Source of the DNA: Bugula neritina | Taxonomy: Eukaryota > Animalia > Bryozoa | Reading direction: 5' to 3' | NCBI GenBank assembly: GCA_964035545.1 | Contig: OZ037767.1 | Location: 3,922,707 to 3,986,706, forward strand | DNA length: 64,000 nucleotides | Part shown: positions 1 to 13,597 of the stretch, in pieces | How the letters are laid out: the number at the start of each line of letters is the position of its first letter | Numbering within the stretch: position 1 is the first letter of the stretch | The notes under the pieces: model-generated | What the model was told of the DNA's origin: nothing | The model's input: only the letters and a program-made list of their open reading frames with translations | Database searches by the model: none | Position numbers and translations under genes: made by a program

Positions 1-895
1 TGTATATACTCACTTGTGAAATGTGCTGCTTACAGTACATTTCTGTAAAATGCTTGTCTCCAGCAAAGTTTAAACCACAGACCTTCAACTTCAAAGCTAG
101 CATATACTATTCATTACACTATATGGGTGCTACTACAGAATCTCAACACCATGCACATTCTATATACTCAGTTCTCCAAAACTCTACCATATGGCTCTGT
201 CAGTTCTTGGGTTCCACTGGCCCCTCAAATTCTTAGGAGTAGTACTTTACATTCCTCAGGCCAGAAAATAACTTCCCCACTTGAAACCAAACCTTAGATT
301 TCTACTTGCAAGCGCAATATGGGGGCCATGCACAAGAAAATTTCATCACTATGATAAAGAAGAAAACAGTGGTATAATTGGTATTTTATTGCCAAACACT
401 TGGTTAAACATAGTAGGAATCCATGTTATTTTGAAATAATCAATCACTATATTAAGTAAAAGAACATGCTTTGTTAGTTGCATCTGAAAAATTTGTAAAA
501 AAAATTCTAAGCCTAATACACCAAAAAAGTTAATTGAAATATATATTATGTTAATAGTACTGAAAATGACGTTTTTACTTATAAACGATGATTATCTTTG
601 TGAATTGCATGTGAATAAATTTATTATCGATAAGATATACTACTTACTATTGAGTTCTAAGAAGTTTACATAACACTTGCACCTATCAAGCTGCCTGAAA
701 CTAGCCACTAAATAAGAAAAGTGAGATAAATTACCAACAACGAGCACAAGTATTTACATGTAAAAGACAAATACTCTTCAAGGAGTTACTATCCCTTGCC
801 TTATGTATCTGACGATATGCCAAATGTGCAACAAGGAAGCACTGGACACACGTCATATTACAGGCATACGAAATAATTATGTACCTATTGGATTA

Positions 896-1058
896 GAATA
901 GTTTTATAAGCAGCTCGGAGTTGAGAGTGATTAAGTGCAGTAATTTGCAGTTCTCAAGTTTGAAATCGGGGGTCTATTAAAGTCCCCAACTGAAACTTGA
1001 GAACTGCAAATTACTGCACTCAATCACTCCGAACTACGAGCTGCTTATAAAACTATTC
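896..1058. mobile_element. Short foldback/MITE-like inverted repeat (~163 bp)
   Basis: gaatagttttataagcagctc...gtgcagtaatttgcagttctcaagtt is mirrored by aacttgagaactgcaaattactgcac...gagctgcttataaaactattc, with a few mismatches around a short spacer. No clear target-site duplication. Confidence 0.65.
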
Positions 1059-1232
1059 ATGGGATTAATTGTAATCGATTCCATATGTTACGCTTGACTT
1101 ACTGTTATCATTGAAAGCAAACTGCTTCTGCATTACCTACTACTACTTCAACTACTACTAATTTGAATGGTGAGTGTATTAATTTCAATGTCTGTAAACC
1201 TGTATTATTAACCATTCTATAAGTAGTTTGTA

Positions 1233-2645
1233 GGAGTAACGGATGGAGGGGAAAAACGGTCATATAAGGGTACAAAATGCCGGTCAAATTGTGAGAGAAT
1301 TTATTGACTGAGAGTTGTGATTTTTTTCTTAAATAAAAAGGCAATGACATAATTATTCAGCCATTGATGATTGTAGTTTCAGCACTTGCGGAGCATACAT
1401 GTTGAAGAGGCGAGTCAAAAACTGTTTTTACCTACTTTTTGTAAATTTGTAAATAATTGCCCCCACTGGGAATCGAACCCCAGTCCTCTGGTTTGCAAGC
1501 AAGTGTGCTACCATATTACACCACAGGAGCTACTGGGTAAATTCAACACTACACTTTATAACTTTTTAGACTCAAAAGTAACAAGCCTAGTTTTTACTGA
1601 TATTGCTGCCATTACTTGTTTCTAGATTGCTTAACTAGTATAATAGCAAATTCTAAAATAAATTTTCCTTGAGCCACATTTATTTTCAACTTGGTCACAC
1701 GGGGCACAATGGGCCACCTGATTTTTGCGCCCTAATCAGTGTTATTAGTTTGTTTGTCAAAAAATTAGTTGAAATGTCAGTAAAATCCATAGATATAGCC
1801 ATTTCTGATTTGTATGTTTCATAAAATATCATAGACATCATGGTAAGAGTACCAAACCACAAGGTCAAGCTGCCCTCATATATACATCTGGTGAGGTTAT
1901 AGCTTTGCCGTTTTATACATCATACAAAACACTCTGCTGTTGCTACTAATGGATAGTCATGGTTTTCATTATACATTATATCATTGAGGGAATATACATG
2001 TATTTGACTAAAATAAATTGTGAGTTGCCCATTTTCTCTACCCCCCCCCCCCCCTTCCGCACTACAGCCACAAACCTCAGCCATGCACCTTAGCTACAGT
2101 TCATAGAAAAAAGTTCACTCGGAATTTTGTGGTACCTATTACTAAAGTTTTTTTCTGATCAAAGTTCTTGTGAAGTGAAAGTAGAAAAAAACATTCTTAG
2201 TTCTAAACAGTAATAATAATGGCCTCGTAGAAATGAGTGATTTGCATTTGGTTTTGCCTCCCCCTGCTATCTGTGGTGGCACAAACTGTACAGCTAAAAC
2301 ATGATTTTTGCTGTAGATCTGAAAGAGTATTTTCTACTTACTTGTGTATATTAAATAAATAAAGATCAGATGCAACCAAATCAGCAAAGTTTTAATATAT
2401 AAATTGTTGTGTCCCACTCAGTGGCCTATTGTACCCGGTACCGTGGCACAATGGGCCAATATTTTCGTCATGAAAATTTTGTTATTCTGAAAGTTGTGAA
2501 AAAGATAGAAACAACAAACTGATACCTATAATAGACAACTAGCGTAGCAATTAGACTAGAGATCATTGAATTTGTAACTTGAAAAACAGACAAATTAGAG
2601 CAAATGTTCAAAATTCGGCCCATTGTGCCCCCCTCCCGTTACCCC
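1233..2645. mobile_element. Non-autonomous DNA transposon, TA-flanked (Tc1/mariner-pogo-like)
   Basis: Imperfect terminal inverted repeats TA|GGAGTAACGG (1231-1242) and CCGTTACCCC|TA (2636-2647). Internal/subterminal motif GGGGCACAATGGGCC at 1701-1715, a head-to-head pair at ~2421-2458 and the inverted copy at 2617-2631. No transposase ORF. Confidence 0.65.
1459..1530 (-). pseudogene. tRNA-like sequence (tRNA pseudogene or SINE head), 72 nt
   Basis: Minus strand reads GCTCCTG TG GTGTAATATGGTAGCAC ... GGGGTTCGATTCCCAG TGGGGGC: A box, B box (GTTCGATTC) and acceptor-stem pairing are present, but the anticodon stem pairs poorly. Confidence 0.6.
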
Positions 2646-3470
2646 TACACTAATTAGTAACAATTAAGTTATCTAGTTAACTTAATATACAAGCCACAGT
2701 TATCAGACTTGAGATTCTGTAAAAAAATATTTGTATAGGTTGAAGTTAACCTATATCAATATGAATATGAAACTTTTTAGAATCTTCTTCATTTATCTTA
2801 AAATTAGCTAAAAATTAAATTGACTGCAGGTTCAATAGTCTACTAGATTCGGTCCGTTTTCATCATTGTTTCTAGGTTTAAGAAAGAATACTTTTGATAC
2901 GCATTGTGTCTAAAGCACCCGAGAACATTAATTTAAAATTAATGATTAAATTATTTTTAATATTCTACAAAATGCAGATGCGTTCATTGGTTAGATATAA
3001 GTTTACAGGCTGTCACTACATAAATAAATTTTATTTATATTAAGTTACTTTTTGAATTTAAGTTTAAAAAACTTTGTTTATAGAAGTAATAGAGCTGAAT
3101 TTTAAAGTGCACTAAAAATGGAAATCTTTTCCACCATAAACAATAATGTAAACAATGTATTTTTTATTCTACAACTACTCTATAACATAAACAGAGTGTT
3201 ATTGTAATAAAAACAAAACTGGCTGATGTGTGTTTTAATTAGAGTATTCATATAATTTTCAAGTTGGCTATATGCCAACTATAAAAACACTAACAAAAAA
3301 TGAGCCAAATCCCGAACATTTTGGGCTGCGTTATCTACCCAATAACAAATTTTCTCCAAATAGTTGGCCTAACACACAAACAGTATCAAGTATTCATTTG
3401 AGAATGTTATAAAATTTGTAGGTGGAATAGTACACAGTGATTGGTCAATAGTGTCAAATACTTATTCAAT

Positions 3471-4469
3471 ATGGCTGACAAGTCCTTATCTGATGAACCA
3501 ATGAGAGATGAAGACATCTGGAACTCGGATGGAGAATCTCGTCTATTACTAGACGATACAAAGCACAAACACGAAGAAGCTATCCAAGTTGAAACCAGTA
3601 CAGTTGTACAAACGTAATTATACATATTATATTTGTCAATAGAATGCCATTCTCATTTATTAAAAATAAGTTTGTAATGTACTTCTGGTGAAGTTTTAAT
3701 GACTCATCAATGATACTTTGAACTTTGTTCAATATTTTGTAAAAGATAGAAGCAAAACAACATGGGGATATCTATGCCAAGGGTATATGCACCAATATGT
3801 ATCTGGTTGGAGTATAGCGATAGTATAACATTTCCTCATGATTTGAAATAGAATGTGCCTGTTGTATAGTTTCCTTGTTAAAGTTTGCCTAGTATACTTT
3901 GCCATTAGTATACTCCTGGTTGTTTTAGAGGTCGGTGCAGTAAAGGAGAAATTGAGAAAAGCCTGTGTTCTAGTCTGAAAATGTAGCAAAAGAAGTTATG
4001 CCCTCACAAGAATTTAAACCCGTGCCCCAAACCAAAATTTAATAATAAAATTAAAGAACTTTAGGCTATCTCAATTTCTCCACTACTGCTTCTAAGTGAG
4101 TCTCCCCCTCTATTTGATCAAAGCTATATATAACTTAGGCTACATCTAACCAGCTGCAGCAGTCGCACAGCAAAACAAATTTGATCATCAATCATTTAAT
4201 TTGTTTAGAAAACAAATCGTTGCATCATATTTTGTAGAGCATCTTGCTGCTGCCGAGCTGGAGCCCTGAAGATTAACATGCTGACTCTAGTTCTGCTAAC
4301 TATTGCTGTAGCCTCAGTGCTAACTCTATTTCACTTCCTACTAAAATTTGCAAATATCCAGACACTCTGCTTTTGCGTATCATTTATAATTCTAATGATT
4401 GGCTTTGTACTAGGCTGCATGTGGCCCAGTAAAGCTGGACAGAAAACATTTCAAACCCCAGATGAGTAG
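3471..4469 (+). CDS. Small orphan membrane protein (124 aa, acidic N-terminus, CCC motif, two hydrophobic segments)
   Basis: Exon 3471-3613 (MADKSLSDEPMRDEDIWNSDGESRLLLDD...VVQT, donor gtaatt) joins in phase 2 to exon 4238-4469 (acceptor tttgtag; ASCCCRAGALKINMLTLVLLTIAVASV...FVLGCMWPSKAGQKTFQTPDE*). 375 nt in frame. AATAAA at ~4580. Confidence 0.6.
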
Positions 4470-5752
4470 CAACTAGTCATATACTGTAGAGTTGTGTTCT
4501 CACACAAATTTCAGTACGAGGATAAGATTTAGAATTATGGTTCAAGAGAGTGGTGCTGTGAAAGTGTCTATATTAGACAAATAAAATAAAAGTATTAGAA
4601 TACTAGGAAGGGTCATCTGTAACCCCTCCCGCACCCAGCACTTTTTATTAGAGATCTTGAGAACCACTGAGGCTGCCTAGTATAAAAATAAGTGTGCAAG
4701 ATAATTAAACTCCAACAATTTAAATAGAGAAAAATAAAAGACGACGTCTTGTGAACAATAATTTTCTATATGCTATTATCTTGTGGCAGTGGAGAATATA
4801 GTGTTTTAACAGAATTTAAAAAAACACTCTATTAGTTAAAACCTGTAATATGAACATTTTGTAATGAACACATTAATGTCATATAGATGGCAGAAATTAT
4901 TTGCAAAGTCATTCTAACGTACATTTTATCCATGGTTTATATACATTCTATCTTTATATTTTATATTGTTATATAATTGTTATATAATTGTTATATTGTA
5001 TATTATTATATTATGCCATCAGTACTTCATACTTGTTTACACTGTAATTACTTTTTTATTTCCTTTTTAGTGTAAAATTGTAACAAGTGTATTTATAGCT
5101 TTATTTAAATCCCTTCATTTTGTAACTTTTACTATAATAACATTATCTAGTTACAGGCAACAAGTTCTCTTGAGTCACTACTAGAAAGGCAGCATGCTAA
5201 TAACTGCACATTTCCAATACTGCCAGTTTATAGTTAGTCAATTATGTTGGATATGCACCAAATTGTACAATTTTGGTAAAATTGTGAAAGCTTTGGAATG
5301 AGGATACTTCGGTGATTCTTATATTGATGTAAATTTTGATAAAGAATCTCATTATTTAGCAATATTTAGGCATTTGAATTTCATATATCAATAACAATGA
5401 TGAAAGAGTATCCTTTATAATGAACTCAATGGTGTCACATATAAACAGTACAAATAGTTACTCATAGAGCTGCAATATTTAAAGCTATATTTGTTTATTA
5501 TAATGCAACGAGATTTTGAAAGAATCACATGACATCCTGTTACACATAAATGATATAACTGACAGTGACAGTTCATATTGTACCAGGCAGTGCTTGCAGG
5601 TGGTCTAAAAGCTCTCTAGTATAAAATCATCATCTGAATTGTGAGAAATTAAAAGAGGACTTAGAATTTGTAGCCTAAATTTGTTCTTAATTGCTCCCAA
5701 CCATTCAACCGGAGCCTAAGTTACTATATAACTAGAGTTTGGGCTGGTATCT

Positions 5753-7833
5753 ATGCCTATCAATCTTTCTATTGAGTTAGCTCAAGATGATACTGAAGCT
5801 ATACATGGCAGAGTATCTGATAGTGTAAAAGGCTTGGTAAGGGTGGCTGTCACAGACACCCCTGCATATTTATACGGCGTGTCTATAAGCTTCTCTCTTG
5901 TTGGTGTTTCAACTACTCGGCTTCCTAAATATTCTTCAACAAAACCACAACTGATTGAATATAAAGTGGAGCATATGGTAACCAATCAGAAAGTTGCTAA
6001 AATATCAGGTTAGTAGCATATAGGTTTAATATAACAGCAATATTAACTAAATGTTATTTAACATCTTGAATAACTTGTTTTGCCTTTGTTAAAAGTAACA
6101 ATAATATAATTTTAAATATGGATAGCTTTCTGCATATTAATTAAGCTAGTCATCAGAGATATAAATTTTACACTGCGTTTTGTATAGTTACATGCATTAT
6201 TTAAATGTTTTTATAATATATCATTTGCTATAATTTATTTAACATTTCTTTTGAACGCATCGCCACTACTATAAGTCTCAATTTATTAAGTCACATGCCT
6301 GGCGTACCGCATTGCTGTCGTTTTAGGCACATAGTGATGATGCTCATAAATCATCACTTTGCTTAGATCCTACAGTGAGTGGACAACTCTAGTATATGTT
6401 CTTTTTACATAAAATAAAACAGCTGTTATTACTTTGTAAGCTAATTTGATGGGCTGTTATTGTCCCAGGAGCAACAAACTATAATATTGAGACTTGAATT
6501 CACAGCTGGAATAGTCTAACTAATCATTTCTTTATCCAATCATTAGTTTAATTTTATTCTAGTACCTCTGAATGGAAGTTTTCTTCTTGTTGGAGAATAT
6601 GAGTTTCCATTTGAATTCAAAACGAGAAAGAGACCGCATTTCAAAGGGTATGACTATAAGTTTTTTAGTTGTATAGAACATGTTTAGAGATAGTTCCTAC
6701 ATTGACCAGCAGGTTATAATAGTAGAGCGGAAATGGCCCATTTAGATGGACAACCAAGCCATGTCAACTTAATATATTTTTTATTGACCGATTAAACAAT
6801 ATAACAGAATAAAATAGTTTAGAATTCATTCTTATACCACCCTGTGAATTTAGTCAATTTGAATAAACCATTACTGTTCAAATAGTTGCTTAATTACAAT
6901 TCTTTGAAATGAAAAGGTTGTTGCATATCATTTTTATATACATATAGCAATTGCATTTTTACTTTATACCTGCTTTATTATTATAAAATAATCAGTCAAA
7001 TCTGCTTAAATAGTCTGCCTTTATTTATTTCATACGTCATGAAGAAATCTCAATTGTGACTTTTAACAGATTCAGGCTAAACTGCTGTCTAAAAAAGAAA
7101 AAAAAAATTTATAGAAAGGAGTATACATTGGTAGCCAGAACTTACAGCATAAACGACTCGGAGAAAGCAGCTGCTGAAGCCAGTGTAATCATCATAAGTC
7201 CCTCTTGTTATGTGGATAAGTTGCTGAACGCTGACTCTGTGAGTTATTTGATAGAAGGACAGTAGACTACTTATTTATTTACAATAGTAACAATTACAAT
7301 GAAATTGCTGTCAAATGACTCATTATCTAAGCTATATAGCATGTGGTAAAGTACTATTTAAAGTACAAAGACAGCTAGGTTTATAGCAAAAACCTTCATG
7401 GTTTCAATTATTATAGAAAAATCAATCATAGAGAGTGAAGCAGTATTTTCAGAGTAATTTATGCAGCATGTCTTTGTCATTTAAGAAGCATGGCAGAGAA
7501 ATTCCAAAATGAGCCAAAGTTTTTTGCTTTGCCTATAAGTTTTGGTTTGTGGTGGAAGTTGAAAATTCTTTTAGAACATCTTTTGCAATGTTTTTCTTTT
7601 AAATACAATTTGTTCCATAAATACTCCGGCCTACTTCCTGAAAATCGTGAAGGTATAAAGGCAACTTTACTCTACCACTTAGAGTACACATGCACTTATA
7701 GCTGCATCTGTTTCCATTTTAGAAATCACCAACTGGCAATATTCAAAATAATGGCAGTCTTCCAGTTACCTACTGCCAAAATATAGAAGGGGCAAGAATA
7801 TATGCAGACAAAGAAATAGATGAACTAGACTAG
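5753..7833 (+). CDS. Alpha-arrestin-like paralogue 1, N-domain only (~206 aa), possibly degenerate
   Basis: Exons 5753-6008, 6563-6647 (GEYEFPFEF arrestin-N motif), 7070-7238 and a tentative last exon 7723-7833. 621 nt in frame. The first three exons match the phases and sequence of the two downstream paralogues (VKGLVRVAVTD vs VKGLVKVSITD; VTNQ). Confidence 0.65.
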
Positions 7834-9609
7834 CTATAACTACTAGTTATTCATGCGCAATATATAGACTGAATACAGACTGTAGTTTGGCATCTGCAAA
7901 GAAATAAATAAAGTGGAGTAACTGACATGAATATAGGTTGAGGGGAATGTACAGTCTACATTATGAAGGAAATTGCGCCGATGCTGTAGTGTGGTAGTCA
8001 GCAACTGCTGACTTACTAATAATCCTATAAATCTTTATTTTTCAACTGTTTATAAATTTTTATTTTTCAACTGTTTATAGTAAGATTTAATATAGGAAAA
8101 ATGTGTCTTCGTTTAACAACTTCAGTTATTGTTGAGCAAACAAAAGGTAGACAACTCTGGAGCCAGGAACTGTGATAGAATTTTTACACAACTTGCTTTA
8201 TATAAGATATTAAATCAATCAAATAGTGATGTTATTAATTTTTTGCTACCATTATAAATCATACATTACACATTACATGTTAAATAATAAAATAATGAAA
8301 CATTAGAAAATAAAATGGTTTTACATTGCTTACACTTTCACTAGTAAACTTGAATGTGTAACAACGTCAACCAATCATCTTTCAGCTCCATACTATTCAT
8401 ATTTGTATTATTCACACCTGTTCTCACCTATCTCCTCTTTGTTCTGTTCGGGTAGCGGGTTTCATATTTATAGTATAATATAATGTAATAGTGTATTGCA
8501 TAAATGTGATTATTTAAGTATAAGATTTTTTAAGTCTAATATAGACTGCTTCAAGTTGTAAATGTAAATAATATTAATACAAAACCACCTTTACACAATA
8601 AACTGTTTAAAATAAACAGCCTAATAACATCAACTTGCTTTTACTTCAACATTGATTTAACCAATGATTATATGAAAGCAATGGTTTTTGACTCGCATTT
8701 GAAAAAATCTTGTTACACCTTTCAATTGTGGAATAACTCTTATATTATTATTGTAGATGTTATGTTATAAATATTTTTTTATTATAAAATAAACAGTATT
8801 TTTATGTAATGGCTGCCACACACGACATTGTCACATGATGCTACAGAATATCTTGATTTGACAAGTGTCTAAGAGCAAAGAGTGCTTAGTTCACCATCAG
8901 CCAATCACAAACAAGGTGTTGGATAATCTGCTTCCTCCATAATGCTGAATTCTTGTAAAATAACTTTATTTATGAAAATATTTTATAGATTTTATAATAT
9001 GTAAATTACTATACGTATATTAATTTAGTCCAGCAATAAATTATACATTAGAACTTGCAGATACCAGTTTTAAAAAATATTGTAATAAAAAAAACTAGAT
9101 CATGCTTGCCAGCTTTATGTGAGAGTGGAATTTTATGTTCTTTTTTATTCATTCATTTCAATGAAAGGGAGAGTAGGAGCTGGAATATACCCCAATAATC
9201 TGAATAAACTGGTTCATCTTGTTTTAGTAAGGATGGGAGTGCCGCTTTAGTGTTTCTAATTAATGCTAGTGTTGCAATCCACTGAGCTGGAAAAGACCAA
9301 TAAAATTATCGAGTTCGATGTTGCAATCATTGCGAAAGATTATAGCAGGGATGATTCATCAAGAGCATCGGATAAGTGCAATAAAACTGCGGTACGGTAA
9401 TTATTCTAGCCGTACTGAACAGGAAATATTTTCCTTATCTTTACATTGTGTATAATTAGGTTATCTTTCAAGACGACTTTACTTTGATTGGCTACAGCGT
9501 GTTGCGGGTCAATCCTTGGATCGGGTCATTTATACGTCACTATCTAATAGCACATGTAGTTAAACTCGTCAACAAGCTTGCAGGGTAATCGATGCAAAAC
9601 AGAACCATT

Positions 9610-10120
9610 ATTATATTAGTAGTAAATGTAATACTAATAGTAATAGTTATAGTAAATATAATACTAATACTATTAGTATTACATTTACTATAACTATTAC
9701 TATTAGTAATAGTAATATCTTACTGATTCTACTAGTACTAGTACTACTAGTTGAGTACTGCTACTACTAGTAGTAATACTATTACTAGTACTTAAACTTA
9801 GTCTTAGTTTTGATATCAGATAATTATATTGGATTTGATAATCATAATCATAATGGTATTGATAATCATAATATTGATAACTATAAATAGACTAATCGTA
9901 ATACTAATATATTATTAATAGTAATACTAATAGTAATAGTCACATTCATTAGTGATTAGATTAGTTATTTAGTCATTACTAATAGTAATCTGATAGTTCT
10001 ACTTATAGTAATACTAATACTAATAGTAGCCTAATGCCAATCTGAATCTAATGCAAATGCTTATAGTTTTACTTATATTATAGTAATAGTAATACTAATA
10101 CTCAAATAGTTAATAACTAT
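9610..10120. repeat. AT-rich low-complexity (TAG/TAA/CTA-type) degenerate repeat
   Basis: Long run of tagtaatactaatagtaat-like units in both orientations. Confidence 0.6.
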
Positions 10121-10597
10121 AAGTATATCAAATTCAATAATCAATATGAATACGGATATCAAAGTCAACTGACACTGTCAATGATTATGACAATGAGTAT
10201 CAGTATGAGTTGTTGTACAAAGTCTAATATTGCTGGCATTTGACTTCAAATTGAGTTCAAAACGACAGTTTAATGTTCAGTTTATGGTTAAAGTTTACAA
10301 TGTTATGACTAATTGTAATCACCCAGAGACAGTAATCAATGTCAGTCAAGTAGATTTGATGCTAAAAGTAAATGTAGAGATATTAAAATTTTTGTAGCTC
10401 TTTAGAATGTGATTGCTTTATTTACTATTTAGACGACTTTTCAGCCTACAAGTAGTACTGTTCAAATAGCTGTGATTCTGCATTTACCACGATTTTATCT
10501 TTACAATTCAGCTGCTGGTGTTTGATTTTTGTTGTACTCTACAACTGTAAATTTATTCTTCAACTTTTTGAAAACATCTGATGTTTTTAGAATAGCC

Positions 10598-11862
10598 ATG
10601 GCACCTCAGATCCTAATAGAGTTTCTGGATACACTACCTGGCTCTGAGTCTATATACAGAGTACCGAGTAACATCAGGGGCGTGGCCAAACTGACTGTTC
10701 AAGACAAGCCAGTCGACGCCCAGGCTGTCGCAGTCACCTTCTTTGGTATTTCGAAGTTCAAGTTTCACAAGCGTCCTTCTTCAAACCGCACGGAGATATA
10801 CCGGGCGGAGTTTGTCTTGACCAATCAGACAATAGTCATTCAGACAGGTTTGTGTCAGTCATAGCTTTTCAACTATCAATATTTTTTTAATATTCCACTA
10901 TGGATCATTTACAGTTGTAATTGTTGTTGTTATCTATATTTTATGATTGTCATTAAATTTAAATATGTTATGCAAATATATTGTATTGTATGCTTTGGCA
11001 GTATTTAGTTTATCCTAGCAGTACCAAGGTTTCATATACCACTGCTATTTGATGTCAATTCTAGAACCTTATTCTGATTGAGCTCTGTGGAGTAAGAGTT
11101 TATCTATACAACATGATGTTTGCTGTGTATAGCTATAAGAAGATTAGACTAAGTTTCTAACATCAGCTTATTATGTTCTGCTTCAGGTTCCACGGCTAAC
11201 AACCCCCTAAGGCCTGGCGACTACGCTTTCCCATTTGTATTTCGGACGACAGATGAGACTGGAAGGTGTGCAATTCTATCCTAGTTAATATTTTATATTA
11301 TGCAGTGCTAGCTTGTGTATTATACAGTGCTAACGTGCCTATTCTGCAGTGCTAACTTGTATATTATAATAAATTAGCGTATATACTATATTGTATATGT
11401 TATTGTACATTATTTATTGTACACACTTGTTCAAAGAAATGTTGGCAAGCTGTGGCATTTCTTTATCACTTATGCTGGGTGTCCCACTGTGGTCCTGGGA
11501 ATGCTTTTACTACTAACCTTTCAATCAACTGATGCTTCAGTTAAGCCTAAAGTTTCAAGTTGACCAGCTGTTCTCCTCTCGTAGGTTTCTTCACTCATCC
11601 ATCGCGGATACTCACGGTGAGATCAGATATCAGCTGGAGGCTAAACTGTACGGTGCTAAAAGTGCAAGGGCTGCTTCGGACACTAAACTAGTGACCCTCG
11701 TAAACCCCCCTTTCATCAGCAGATTGCCATTGGCTGAGCGGGTAAGTGTCTTACTGCTACTGCTACTGCTGCCGCTGCTGCTGCTGCTACTACTACTACT
11801 ACTGCTGCTGCTACTACTAGTACTACTGCTGCTGCTACTACTGCTACTGCTGCTACTACTAG

Positions 11863-11895
<33 letters not shown>

Positions 11896-13597
11896 CACTA
11901 CCACCGCCACCACCACCACCACCACCACCACCACCACCACCACCACCACCACCACCACCACCACCACCACCACCACCACCACCGCTTTATATTACAGGAG
12001 AGACAGTATGGGGAAGATGACATGACTATGGGCTGTTGCTGTTGGAGACCATACAGCGTCAAGTTAACTGCTGAGATACCCAAAGGAGCATACAGACCAG
12101 GTAATTAATTCTCCACCAACACTCCATGTATCACAGCGATTCTTGCAAAAACATTTCTACATATTAGTGCTGTGAGATAAGAAGTTTCACCTACTGGTTT
12201 TGTTGTATTGAAATTTTTGCCTGTTGCTATTTAAAATTGTATTATTACAGAAATAAAAATTTTATCATTAACCATCCTAAATGCATGTAGTCACAACTTC
12301 TAATTGGCATACTCTAAATATCTCCAAGTTATCGCATTGGCAGTAGAAGGTATGTCATGAGATTGTTGCTATGGCGAGTTTGTCGCATATTTCAGGGGAG
12401 ACGATTGAAGTGAAGCTGCACGTGGTGAGTCACTCTCCAAAGATGATGACTCCCAAAGTGTCTTTGGTAAAGACGCGACGCATCATGATCAATGAAGCGG
12501 AACATAAGGATAACATGAAGATATACTCACACAAGTGTATGTGTTTATGTTGCTATGGTGATGAGTAAACTGTTTTGCTCTGTTGTTTAACTGAAGACAT
12601 CAATGTTTGTTGACATTGATGAATGTCTAATTTAATGTAGCACCATTCAATACGCTGTACTGAATTCCATTGTTCAGAATTCAAAATTTATTTAAATTAG
12701 CATATATATCAAATTTTAAAACGTTATCTGCCATTGCAGAATTTTTTGGGGAAATACATGCAAAAGAGGATTTTTTAATTACTGGGATATTAAATTTAAG
12801 TTGTTACACATACATTGTAAACATTGCTGCTCCAATGCATTCACCTTGAATTGATTAGAAAATTCACCATTTCATTTTGTTTTCTCATTTGAACAGTAAA
12901 AGACGCCATTCTGCCTATGGCTCAGGGCTGGTCAACAATAATGACGATATTTATTCCACCGAACATGCACCCCGGCACTGTGCGAGATGTTGGTTACCTG
13001 GATGTCAACTACACTGTCAAGGTTTGTATGTTATGGTGATATTTATAGAGAAGGTGGGGGGGGGTAATTCCTAATAGTTGCAGCTATTTCTCGTTTAACA
13101 TGCAAAATTATGTGATAAATCGACTAAACCCTGTTTTTTGAAATACAAATCTTTTCAAGTAGAATTGATAGCTGCACTACATTTCATAGTAAAAGTAGAG
13201 TTTCGGACCTGAATATTTTGTCTGGCTATTTGAAAGCAACTTTATTTGCTCCTGTTTGGTGGTGCGACAACTCCTGTGTGTTAGAAAGTTATTCTAGCTG
13301 CAGTAAGATATTAATAAGTAGTCTATCAGGTAAATTTAAACTAGTCTCATGTAACAGTCTAATAGTCATTTCAGTCCCTTGACCTATTCACTTCTGCTCA
13401 TATCTAACTAATAAGACAACTCCTATTAATAGAATATAATTCCAACCGCACAGATTTTGAGGTCTCTTTTCATAACTTTCGAACTCTAAGTAAAGTCTGC
13501 ACCTTGTGACACCTGTATATGCTTTCAGGCTGCAGTGAGCATTCCGTGGGAGATCTTTGATGCCGAAGTCAAGTTGCCTATTGTGATTGGTCAATAG
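10598..13597 (+). CDS. Arrestin domain-containing (alpha-arrestin-like) protein, paralogue 2, 307 aa
   Basis: Exons 10598-10847, 11187-11265 (LRPGDYAFPFVF), 11585-11741 (HSSIADTHGEIRYQLEAKL), 11998-12100 (GCCCW...IPKGAYRPG), 12396-12536 (GETIEVKLHV), 12897-13021 and 13529-13597 (KLPIVIGQ*). 924 nt, all introns GT-AG. Confidence 0.9.
11752..11983. repeat. Compound trinucleotide microsatellite (CTA/CTG)n-(CCA)n filling intron 3 of arrestin paralogue 2
   Basis: Directly visible. It produces the spurious poly-L/poly-P, poly-V and poly-W ORFs in the track. Confidence 0.95.

Noticed and set aside
1-1140. Possible minus-strand exons (e.g. VMQKQFAFNDN at ~1101-1135; MKFSCAWPPYCACK* at ~300-348) and ORF 21-236
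   Set aside because: Splice-like signals exist, but I could not build a consistent or recognisable protein.
1459-1530. Functional tRNA gene
   Set aside because: The anticodon stem and part of the T stem do not pair, the anticodon is ambiguous (TGC or GCA), and it lies inside a transposon.
11532-12083. Poly-Leu/poly-Pro, poly-Val and poly-Trp ORFs
   Set aside because: They are translations of an intronic trinucleotide microsatellite. The real exon ends at the gtaagt donor after 11741.
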